This document shows positions 35,964 through 47,272 of a stretch of DNA of 64,000 nt, one piece after another. The stretch covers positions 1,178,001 through 1,242,000 of the forward strand of contig CM074813.1 in NCBI GenBank assembly GCA_037447605.1, in the 5' to 3' direction. The stretch comes from Zygnema circumcarinatum SAG 698-1b. Taxonomy: Eukaryota; Plantae; Zygnematophyceae. Numbering within the stretch: the stretch's first letter is position 1; every line of letters begins with the position of its first letter. The notes beneath the pieces were generated by a model. It saw only the letters and a list, made by a program, of their open reading frames with translations. It was not told the origin of the DNA and made no database searches. A program made the position numbers and the translations under genes.

Positions 35964-36429
35964 CACATTCATCCCGAGCAGGGGAAGGCGCTGAGCGCTG
36001 GGCGGGCTGAGGGGCGAATGCTGCAAAGGAGTCGAGGGGGGAGGGAGGAGGCTGCAGGGGTCCATGGTCGAGGATTACGCGTTCCGGGTGTGAGCAGCCA
36101 TGGATGCTGTCTTCCCCTTCTCCTTCCTCTTCGCCGTTGCGGCTCCTCTGCTTGCTTTCTTTGTTTTCAGCCAGCGACATTCCTTCCACTCTAAAGTCCC
36201 TGACGGTGGGAATTGTAAGCGGAACTCTAGAAAACTAGATTTTTTTAGAAGACGAAGTGATGATAAAAATGTAAGAAATTTTTTAAGTCTTACCGCCGTG
36301 ACGAGCTTTAGAAAGCCTATTACTTTGGAGGAGGCGGAGGAAAGGGAAGGGGAGGGAGGGACAGGGACGAGAAGAGGAGCAGAGGGAGAGGGCGATTGTG
36401 ATGAGAATGTCAGAGAGAGAGAGAGGGGG

Positions 36430-36673
36430 ATGTTGGAGATTGGGGGAGCGGAGGAAGCGGAGGGAGATGGGGAGAAAGTGGGAGAGAGCGGGAGAGGTGG
36501 AGGTGTGTTGAGGAGAGAGGAAGAACGGGAGCGGGAGAGGTTTTTTTCAGAATATGGAGAGAGCTATGGTTACGGCGGGAGTGTACGAGAGGAGATGTGG
36601 AGGGGGAAGGATTTCAAGCGAATGAAAGGTGACACTTAGAAGCTTTGTATCATTCTCTTTCTCCCACCCCCCC

Positions 36674-36708
<35 letters not shown>

Positions 36709-39700
36709 CCTCTCTCTCTCGCCTGCTACCCCATTTGTTTTCCCACGTCCTCCCCTCCTTTTCAATTGGACGACCTCCACCTTCAATTTGTTTTGTGATT
36801 ACCTTTATTTATTTTGTTCATTGTTTTGGAAGAAACTTGCTTGGTTCCGAATTTTTTCAATTTCAAACTTCAACTTTGTGTGCGTCCTAGATTCGCACAG
36901 TTGTTTTCTCCTCCTTTTTGGTCTTTATTAATCATGAAGAAGTTGCCTTGTGTTTGGTTTTCCTTTTCAAATCTCATGTCAAGCCGTTCCTTCAGTTGCC
37001 TTCACTTTGTTCATATGAAATGACAATTTACACGTGGGCCTTGATTTTCGACAATTGAATGCATTTATAAGTTGTGAATTCTCAAGTTCTACTTTGTAAT
37101 TCATCCATTCGCTTTGATCTTGTATTATTTTGAAGTCCTCCTCCCTTTTCTCTCTCGTAAAGATCGTTTGGCGACTGTTTGCCACTCCTTTTTGTCTGTT
37201 TCTGTTTAAAATCTCATAGCCTGGTTATTTGCAAGTCAGTGAAACAAGGTTCAGATTTTCTGTTTCCCATGACGTGGCCTGCGAGTTTTGGGTTTTGGAT
37301 TTGTAGGTGCGGTGTACGTGGACTATGCGGGGGCCTCTCTCTACGGAGAAGAGCAGCTTGAGGAAGCCATGAAGGATCTTTCTTCACATCTTTTCGCGAA
37401 TCCTCGTATCCCATACATTTGGAAAATTATTTTGGAATTTGGTTTTATTTCAAGACAAGCATATTTGGAAGATGTTCGTAAGTGTACCTAGATTGCTTCA
37501 CTGAGTTACCCGAGGAGTGATTTGAATACTCGACGCATACAGAGCCTGTGCGTCACTAGGACTATTTCCCTGGACCTTTTTCTCCTGGTCGTTTCCTTTC
37601 TTCTTTGTTTTTAGAGCCTTGACTTTACGCACTCACAGACAGTGACAGTGAGAGCAGTCTTCGAACGACTGACCGAGTGGAGGAGGCAAGGCTCATGGTA
37701 CAGTCTTTCAATCATCCTAAAGCACTTAACTTCGACATATTTCTCAACATGAATATCCTAATTTTCCTAATAACATTCAAACAGTGAACATTGTTTCATG
37801 CTATGTCCTTCGTACGATATCCATGTCTTCTTCGTTATTGGGGAGCATCCTCGTTTTAGTGGCTTGTGTTTCGATGCATAATATTGCTTCAGACAGCTAA
37901 ATTAACGGATTTCCGTAATCGTTTTAGGCCATGGATATGTGCAGGTGCTCAGGCACTGCCATGCGTCCCCAAGTGAGTATGTTTGCATCTTCACTGGAGG
38001 CGCAACTTCCGCACTCAGACTTGTTGGAGAAGTTTTTCCGTGGAGTTCCAAGTCGGAGTACCACTACACGAGGGAGAATCACAACAGCGTGTTGGGAATA
38101 AGAGAGTGAGACCTCTCTTCATGGGTGAAAGGGAGGGTCGTATAGAGTGAGGCCTAGTTTGAACTCTCTAATCCTTCTGGTTTCTGAGACGTGGTCGATG
38201 TTTATTGGCAGCGCGAACAACTTATTGTCTGAAGCGGAACTTGATCTTGTTTAACTGGCACAGATACGCCCTTGAGAAGGGTGCCATGGTAGCCTCTGTC
38301 GACATCGAACGTAAAGAGAAGGTGGCACAGAAGGGAGAGGGAGCAACGGATACTTCCCTTTGGCGAATACGAGAACGTGCAAGGTTTCGTCGGCAGGTGG
38401 CAGCAGCTGGTGGGGAATCTGACTTAGGTCTTTCCGATGGCTTAGTGTCTACCTTTGGGTTGAAGCTGAATCAAGAAATAAAAAATCTGACTTCAGTAGA
38501 CGCACCGTTGAGATTTTCGGAGTTTGAGAACGAGTGCTTTTTGTCGTTCATTTTTTTTTTTTTGTGAAACTTGACATTGATTATAAAGCTTTGGTGCTCA
38601 GCATATGAAGAAGAAAGACTCGCAATTAAAGAATTTCTTTATTTGTCAAAAGATATGTTGTTATTTGGCATCATCGGCTTGCCAAGCCATGAAGTGACAT
38701 TGTAGTTGGGTGTGTATTTTCAATGCAGGGAAAGGCACAGCTGGTGCAATTTCACGATGCCACCTTTTCGCTATGCCCGTAGAATGCAATTTTTCCGGTG
38801 TTCGCTGGGACTTAGGGATCGTCCCATACATACAATCAGGGGAACATATGATTGGAAACGACAACAAAAATAGGAGTGAAGCAAGAACGGATGGCGAGAA
38901 GAGGTGCGTCACTCGTTTTTCCTTGCTTGTCTTATTGTCAATTGCACAGCGTCCTCACACAAAGGACTTAATCTGAAGATTTTAAACTTGTGCGGTACCA
39001 TTTCTGCCAAATTGCCGTCATTAATCCCACTGTCTCTCCAATCGAGGATGATTGACTACTCCATTTACTTGCACGTGGAATAGGCAGCTTTTGTTGATGC
39101 TGTTTCTATGTTCCCGTGGGTTCAACAGTGAAGAGGACCGTTGGTTGGTCCTTTTGGACGCAGCAAAGGCCTGCGGCAGTCGGCCTCCAAACCTGAATCA
39201 GTATCCTGCCGACTTTGTTGCCCTCTCGTTCTACAAGGTACTTATACGCAATTCAGACAACTGTGGGTTTTCAACCCACATTCAACCCACAGTTGAGATC
39301 CTTCATTTAGGCGCCTTTTATTATTGATCGAGATAGGGGCTGATGCTTAGTTCGAATGCTACTTGTAGCTGTAGTTATAACCATAGTCTTCTTTGGTTGT
39401 TGGTGTCAGATTTTCGGTTATCCAACGGGCCTGGGTGCGCTACTTATTCGCAAAGGTGCCCTCACTGGAATTCTCTTGCTTGTGCATTCTTGATCTTCTG
39501 CAAAAGTGAACAATTGGTGGACCACTCAATTCTGATGTTTTTTTTATTTTTGTTCTTTTGTCGACCGCAACACAGATGCTCTTCCGCTTCTTCGAAAGAA
39601 ATATTTTGGAGGAGGTAACTGCTTCCCTCGCATTTATGGAGCATTTCGCACAAATTAGAGTCTTAAGCAGATTAGAACTAATGCCTCAATCGTCGTCCAT

Positions 39701-42646
39701 CACCTTCACCTTCTCTCCGTTACGTTCCTTGATTCAGTCATATGTGTGTTCTTGTCGGTGTTCAATATATGTGATTGTCTGCGCTATTCAAATGTTTGCA
39801 GGAACTGTTGCGGCTGTTCTGACGGATTCTGACTTCATGGAACGGCGGGAGAGTCCTGAAGCCTCTCTTGAAGATGGAACCATCTCCTTCTTGGCCGTCA
39901 CTGCTTTACGGAGCGGATTTGCTACTATTAACCGCTTAGGAATGCGACAAATTTCATGGTAACAAATTTTGCTGATGTCATTTCTTATGTGTGCAAGCAT
40001 GGTTGAGAAAGTGTGGTGCATCAACCAAGTGGAGTGCGTTCAGATCTTTCTCATGAGACCGGGTCTACATCAGACTCGCAAACGTCCTCCCTATGGCTTC
40101 TTTGCATAGAGAAATTCTTTACTGAGATTTCAAAAATCGAAATTAGATGAGTGCTGATTGTAATTGGAGAATTTCGTCGTGTGCTTCATGCTCGCCGATG
40201 GGAATCAGCCATGCGGGTGCTTTGACTCAGTGGACTGCTCGCCAGCTGGCAGCAATTCGGCACTGGAATGGGCGGCAGGTGGTGGTTCTGTATGGGAATC
40301 ATGGAGACCATGCAGACTATGGAGTGCATGGTGAAATCATCAAAAAGAATGAGAAGAGGAGCGGTAAGGGCGGATCACAGAGAGGGAGATCTGAGGGAGA
40401 CGTGGAATCAAGCAAGCAAAGCTGGAGGCTTAATCACATGCAAGGTCCAATTGTCACGTTCAACCTGCTGAGGGCAGATGGTTCATGGGTTGGGTTTCGG
40501 GAAGTTGAAAACTTAGCAAACCTATGCAGCATTCATTTGCGAAGTGGTTGTTTCTGCAACCCAGGAGCATGTGCAAAGTTTTTGGGGCTGACCGAGAAAG
40601 ACGTGCTCCAAAATTTTCGAGGAGGGCATGTGTGTGGGGACGAGCTCGACATTATGAATGGACGGCCAATCGGTGCAGTGAGAATCTCATTTGGGCAGTT
40701 CTCAACCTTTGAGGATGCTTGGGCAGTTTGCACATTTGTGAGAAGACATTTTGTGGAAACGTGTGCAAGAGTTCCAACCATGGGAGCAGGGTTCGAATGG
40801 AAAGAAGGATATAAAAAAGAGAATGAGATGAAGAGGACAACTCTTGCGCAGCAGGAAGAAAGAATTCGGACGACTTTCAAACTCGAGCAACAAATGGACG
40901 CCATGTGGCGGAGCCAAATAAAGTCTCCTATTATTCTGGAGAGTATCGTAGTTTATCCCATAAAGTCATGTGCAGGTTTTAGTGTGCAGTCTTGGCCTGT
41001 GGGAGAAAAGGGGCTGCTATATGATAGAGAATTTCTTCTTGTTGATGCCCGGGGAAGCAATCTGACTCAAAAGAAAATTCCGGATCTTTGTAAAATCCGT
41101 CCTCGCATAGATCTGGAGAGAGAAGAAATGACGGTTATTAGTGAAAGAATGGAAAAGTGTTTGGTGGTTCCGTTGAACAGCAAACCCCTCTGCCGTTTAG
41201 AGGGAGGAGTGAGGGTGTGCGGGGACAGGGCCGGTGCTGACGTGTATGATGCTGATGTGGCAAAGTGGTTTACGGAAGCTCTAGGTGTTCCATGTACACT
41301 TGTGCGACAGGCGGCGAAGAGTCGGATAGTTAAGCGCCGAGAAGAGAGACATAAATTCAATTTTTCAGAAACGGAAGGAAATCTTGGAAGGGAGAGGGGC
41401 ATGGAGAGTTCAGACAGGCAAAAAGATTACAGTAACGAAGGGAGGCAGGAGGAGAAACTATGGGAAGGAAGTGAATTGAATGGAAATGATGTCGAGAGAG
41501 GACAGGGGGGAGCAGGAATGGAGGGGGTCGAGGTGGAGGAGAAGAGAGAACTGAGCGGAGATCAGAGGGGATTAAGCTTTGCAAACGAAGGGCAGTTCTT
41601 GCTTGTGAATAGAAGCAGCCTGGAGGATCTCGAGGGCCGCATTGAAGCAGGTAGGCCTCTGGAAGAAATGTGATCCCAAGAACTTTGGGGCGGGGAGAGA
41701 GAGTGAGGAGAGAGCTTTAGAGATAGAGAAGGGAGAGGCCAAGGGATGAAAGATTGTGAAAAGAGAGAAAGAGAGAAAGGAGGAAGCAGAAAAGAAAGGA
41801 GCTGGTCGGAGAGTGAGCGCGCATTGGGCTGTCATGTATCAACATCACTTGAATTGCTGAGGGGAATAGGGAGGGCGATGAAGGGAATAGGGCTCTCTGC
41901 TGCCGATGAATTACATAACGCCCAAACTCAGTTTCATTTGTGGGTCCAGATGGAAACAATATGGCGATTGATGTGATGCGTTTTCGACCGAATCTTGTTG
42001 TGTCTGGTGCGGATCCATACACTGAAGACAACTGGCACGGTGTCAATATATGTGGAGAGGTTTTCATGGTATACAATCTCGAATCCTATTTTCTACTACT
42101 TTTGTCAAGGCGTTTATAGTCAGAAAATTAGTGCTATCCATGCATGCCCACGTAGAGTTTCTCACTGCTACTCGTCTGGACGTCATTGAAATAGTTTACA
42201 TTTCTCGTGGCCATTTGGCAGGCTCTGGGTGGCTGTTCGAGGTGTGAGATGGTGAACATTGACCAAGTCACTGGAGTTCGAACCTCTAACGAGCCTCTTC
42301 TTACTTTGGCATCGTATAGAAGATTCAAGGTGAGTAGCAAAAGTTCACAGGAACAAAATAGTGCTTGTGAAGGTATAATGCACTTGCTCCAACTTTTACT
42401 TGGAAGAACCGAACCCTTTGACATAACATCGTAGCAATGTTTGGATGTGCTTCTATGCAGGGGAGAATTTTTTTCGGGGTGCTTTTGGCCAGGGGTTGTC
42501 AATCAAACTCTGAGAAAGGAAAGATGGTGGTCGACTCCGAATTTGAATCGGAATATCGGAAATGGCTTCGGCGAAGGTATGGAGCTGTTCTGTCAGTGGG
42601 AGGAGAAGTATCGCCAGTTTCGGATCAAGGAAAGGCGAAAATATAA
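36430..42646 (+). CDS. ABA3: Molybdenum cofactor sulfurase (NifS-like PLP domain + MOSC domain), about 1020 aa
   Basis: Exons 36430-36628, 37307-37405, 37639-37697, 37945-38105, 38264-38427, 38729-38903, 39129-39237, 39410-39455, 39576-39614, 39802-39958, 40209-41650, 41950-42068, 42222-42329, 42461-42646. Motifs: VYVDYAGA, FANPHS, FTGGATSAL, ENHNSVLGIREYA, ECNFSG, VLLDAAK, SFYK (PLP Lys), LRSGCFCNPG (catalytic Cys), YPIKSC, FANEGQFLLVN, RFRPNLVV, GGCSRCEMVNIDQ. The start ATG is inferred. Confidence 0.95.
36677..36706. repeat. (TC)15 microsatellite in ABA3 intron 1
   Basis: Seen directly. One of many GA/CT tracts in the window. Confidence 0.9.
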
Positions 42647-43971
42647 GGTTTTTCTGTAGATGATGCTGTAGATATTGTCTCTGCTAGGACTTCAAAAACC
42701 AAGGCTTGTCGACCTCTAGAGTTTGAAGCATCCGCTCTAACGTTGGCAAAGCATGTGACATTGGAAGGAATGCTTAAAAAATTCTAGATGTGAGTTGACC
42801 ATTTTTTTAGGGCCAGGGGTTTCATTTAGTGAATAAAGTGTTTCTGTCAGAAGGTCAAATTGCCGCCAGCTCAGCTTTTGTGATGGATGGAAGGCTGCAT
42901 GATGTGGTTTTGGTTGAGCGCATTATCGAAGCTTGGGCTATCCAAGTTTCTATATACGCTGGCTATTTGCCATTTCAAGGCAAATGCTCTGGAAACCACG
43001 AACGGAAGACACTAGGTTTCCTTCGCTTTTCAGGTCTTGGACCCTTTTCATGTGTGAGTGCACGTGCTCTCCAACAAGTATTGTAAAGTGGAAAGATTTG
43101 GCAAAGCATGTGTCGCCGTGAACTAGCAAATGTGCATGCCACAAGATTACATTGAAAACTTGAACTACTAAACCTACATACAAAGCTCGCCAGTCACTAC
43201 CACAACATTTGCAAGGTCTGCCCTACATGGTTGAACGAAACCTTCATTGTTAATTTACAAGTAGGTGGGAGACAAAGCATACATGCTTCAACATTGCCGG
43301 ATAGTATAAGACATAGGCAGGGCTTCTGGATCTAGTTATGCTAAAAAGAGAATCCTAACAAAAATTAGAAAGGAGGAAAGCCACTTCTTCAATACTCTAT
43401 AGCCTTTCAAAATGGTTTGGGATCTACCGTAATCCTCTGTGTGGGTTACGCTCAAGAGGAATACTCAGGGTTTTAGGGAGTTTAATCTTGCTCAGACCCA
43501 ATGACCAGTACAGCGCGGAGGATGCTTGAGTTTAGAGTAGGGCAGACTTTGCAAATTTTGTAGCAATATACTCGTTGGTTTAGTTGTCCAAGCTTTTTAG
43601 CGGGAGCCCGTGGCATTCACATTTGCTAGTTAAAGACGAGACATGTCAAGGCAAACCTTTCCACTTTTCAAGACTTGGAGAGGGCGTACACTTGCACTTG
43701 AGAAAGACCAAGACCTGCAAGGTGTGGTAGAACTATTGTCTTTTTTTACTCTCCACGATGAGAGCTCGAGAGCACCTCCTGCTAAGACACTTCCACGACC
43801 TTCTTACGCCCTTCTCGCTCCGTTGATTATATAGCCTAATATCCCAGCCCTAGATGCAAGCACTAAACTCAATGCCACATCTTTTCCCCTAAACTCTCCT
43901 CTATACTGTATATGATAACAAACCGAATAATTTATGCAAAGAAGCTGACAAAATTGCTGTTGTGCAAGGTG

Positions 43972-45058
43972 CTATGGGGGTCCCCTGGGAGGCGGCTGAG
44001 AAGGCCGTCTGGGAGGTGGCGACTTGCGCGCAGAAGGAGGAGGAGGTCGATGGGATGGCGGAGGGAGCACCTTTTTCGGCGGAGGCGGAGTGCACCTTCT
44101 TCCGGGCACCGAGTGCGCGAGTTGGAATGGCGGCGGAGGGCGAGGGGGGCGGGGGGAGGGAGGAGGCCGGCGGGGGGGAGGGGGGCCTCGCATGGGCGGT
44201 GGAGGGCGCGCTTCTGCTCAGTGCAGGAACACCAACCCACATCGCTTTAGCTGCACCGCATCAATTTCATCAAGACATGCAGTGCAACAGTGCAGGTGGT
44301 TGGGGAAAGACAAAGTAAGGAAGACCGAGCACAACCAACTCTTAAAGATGAATGCTAGACGTAAGTCCTGGTAAGCAGCAACTACATTAGCAGACCTTTC
44401 CCTTGTAAAAAAAGATGGCCTTCTTAATCGCACCAATGCAGGACTGCCCGTCGGCTGTAGGGACGTATCCTGCGTCGCACACGCACGAGCGAATGGACGG
44501 ATCGCAGTCACCTCTCCCTCCACACGCCCCGATCACCTGATCAGCGTTGCAGAATGAGCGGCAAACTGACAAGTCTCTCATTGGGGGGGGTCCGAGCTCA
44601 TATGTTGAGGGGTCACAGTATTCGAGCCCATCGAGCCCTGTCCAACAAGTTGGTGGACAAGCGTGGTTATCCGTGGAGTAGAACATACAGTTAAAGGACC
44701 CACCGTAGCACAAGGGAGGATTGATTTCCATCACGCCCGAAAAATAGTTCCTCGACAACCCAATGTACTGAAGGCGTCGGGAATTCATGATTATCGAGCC
44801 CGTGAAATAGTTGCCATTAAGCCCTCTGGCCAGGGATAACAGTAGGATAAAAAAATGAGAGTCAAAAGAAATTGTGACCACACTGGACAGACTAACTTGG
44901 TGTTCGTCATGGTTGTGATGTGCCGTTTTAATTCTTAACGTGACTTACTAATGAACTACAAAGTTCATGGCATGTGTGAATGTACGTACATTGCCTGTGC
45001 AGGTAGTGTCAGAAAGGACTCTGGCAAGCGTCCATAGAATGCGTTATTTTCCAAGAGT
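43972..45058 (-). CDS. Partial gene: plant-type LRRs + 12-Cys region with EGF-like module + proline-rich C-terminus
   Basis: Exons 45058-44990 (69 nt, phase 2/2 LRR exon LLENNAFYGRLPESFLTL), 44825-44434 (GLNGNYFTGSI, IGLSRNYFSGVM, CGGRGDCDPSIRSCVCDAGYVPTADGQSC) and 44213-43972 (PPPP/R-rich, phase matches). The 5' part runs into the N gap, and a possible first exon lies at 45743-45712. Confidence 0.7.
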
Positions 45059-45260
45059 CTGCAGTCAAACACAAGCGAGCAAGAAAACATTCCACATTTT
45101 CTTTTTAATCTCAAACCCTCACAGGGTTTAACACCAAACGCAAACCTCCTCGTCTCTGGACAGAACCCCTTCCTTTCCGAACCCGACCGCTGCCGTTCCT
45201 CAAGAGGGGACCTCCCCGAGCCACTCACACTATGTCAAGGAGGGCGAGACCGCCAATGCA

Positions 45261-45360
45261 NNNNNNNNNNNNNNNNNNNNNNNNNNNNNNNNNNNNNNNN
45301 NNNNNNNNNNNNNNNNNNNNNNNNNNNNNNNNNNNNNNNNNNNNNNNNNNNNNNNNNNNN
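45261..45360. other. Scaffold gap (100 N, true size unknown)
   Basis: Run of N. Confidence 0.99.
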
Positions 45361-46553
45361 AGCGCGCCAGAGCATGCTGAAGTGCATCCCCAAACAAGAG
45401 TGCTTTAAAAACTGAACAGGGTCACTGGTGAATGACGCAGAGGTAGTTTAAGCTTTATTGCTGGTTAACGTCAATCATAAGAAAAAAATGAAGTTTCATC
45501 CGCCACAGCATTTCCACTTTGATCTCTTTCGAGCAAGCAGCCCTTCTTTAGGCTTCCCATTGCGTCACTGCATCCCCTTCCCTCTCGCTCCCCACTTCCC
45601 ACCCCTCTCCCTCCCCCCATCCCTTCCCCTCCGTTTCCTTCTCCCCCCCCCCTCCCCCTCCCTCCCCATCTCCCCTCCTGTATCTAACACCCACCCCTCC
45701 CATGAGCTCACCTCGGCCGCCCGAGCGCGCGACCTTCTCCCATGTCTTCACCCCGTCCTCCGCTACTCTCGCTCGCCCTGACCCCTCTCCCCCTCCCCTC
45801 CCTCTCCCAGTACCACTCCCACTCCCACTCCCACTCCCGCTCCCTCTCCCACTCCCTCTCTCGCTCCCTCCCTCGCTCCCTCCCTCACTCTCTCTCCCTC
45901 TCCCCTCCCTCTTCCTCGCCCTCCCTCTCCCTGTCCCTTTGCCGACGTGGCGTCCGCTTAGGGTCATCGAGGCGGCGCGTCGCGCTGCCATTGGCCGTCG
46001 CCGCAAAGGATCGACCTTGACTTTGTCATTTTGTCGGCTAGCGATCTCGGGCGGCAGCCGTGTCAGCACGGCGGCGCGGGCGGAGCTGACTTGACAATGT
46101 GTTCGACGTGGCGGCGGTACTGTACAGTGGCTGTTGACGTGGCGTCCAGCGGGGACTAGCGGCGGACGTGTTCTTCGGACCCCTCGTGCCAAATTCTGCC
46201 AATGGTTGGATGACTGCCAATGGCTGGCAACGATTCGCAACCAATCGTGGACTTGCAACCAAGCCATGGTGCGTGGCTGCGACCACTGGCAATGGTTGCA
46301 ACCATTCGAGAATGGCCAGTGGTGGATTCGCCCCACTGGTCAGTGGATTCGCTCGAGGAATCACATTGTCAGATGCGATGGTCAGTTAAAGAGCATGAGT
46401 GCGAGGGCGGGCGGTGAAGGGCATTATGGTACTGCACAGTACAGGGGAAACTTGGTTTGTGGAACATTCGCATTAAAACCACGAAGTCTGTCGGCCACAT
46501 GCCCTGGCCTCGCATTCGCCTTGGAACAGCTACCCACTCGCAAGGCGTAAGTG

Positions 46554-46576
46554 ACCAACCAACCAACCAACCAACC
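46554..46576. repeat. (AACC)n microsatellite
   Basis: accaaccaaccaaccaaccaacc. Confidence 0.85.
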
Positions 46577-47272
46577 GAAGACTGCAGTGGGCAGTAAGCT
46601 TCGGCGACCAGGACACCACGGCACCTGCCGCCACGTGGCATAGGAGACTGCCGAGTATAGCCTTGATGGGGCCGCATGGCTCCCATGGCTTACAGCCCGA
46701 CAAAACGAAAGTTCCCAAACTTCGAGATGCGAAGATTACTCATAAACTCCCAGGCATTGTCAAGTACAGTCAACATCTCTCATATGCAAACGCAATGTGC
46801 TCATCTTAACAGGTGTGCGAAGACTTGACTTGCAAGAGTACTCGTTCTCATAACACAATGCTTCGAAAAAAGCGCAAGCGAAGTTCAACCCGCAGAAGGA
46901 GGCTTGTAGGCGAGTGCTGCAGTCTTTGCGTTGAGGAGCAGATCAAAGCTTCCCTTGTTCAGCTGACGCAGCAACGCATCTCGCCGCTGGCCACCCACTG
47001 CTCCAAAGCCCTCCTTCGAGTTAATCGCTTACCAGCATCTTGAGAGGAACAAGACTACAAGAATATGGGAACGGGGGCAAAACCGAAAAGAGATAGGACA
47101 AATTTTCAGAGAGACAGAGAGAGGTAGAGAGGGGGAGGGAGAGCGAGAGGGTGAGGGAGAGGGAGAGGGAGAGGGAGTGGGGGAGAGGGAGAGAGAGAGA
47201 GAAGACCTACAAAGGAGCAGAAGCTAGATGCAAGCATTAGGCCGCCTCCTGCGTTCCTGGCTGCTCTCCGCA

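Noticed and set aside
43912-44374. Three + strand ORFs over the GC-rich patch
   Set aside because: They are antisense to the Pro-rich last exon, whose phase matches the upstream EGF exon on the minus strand.
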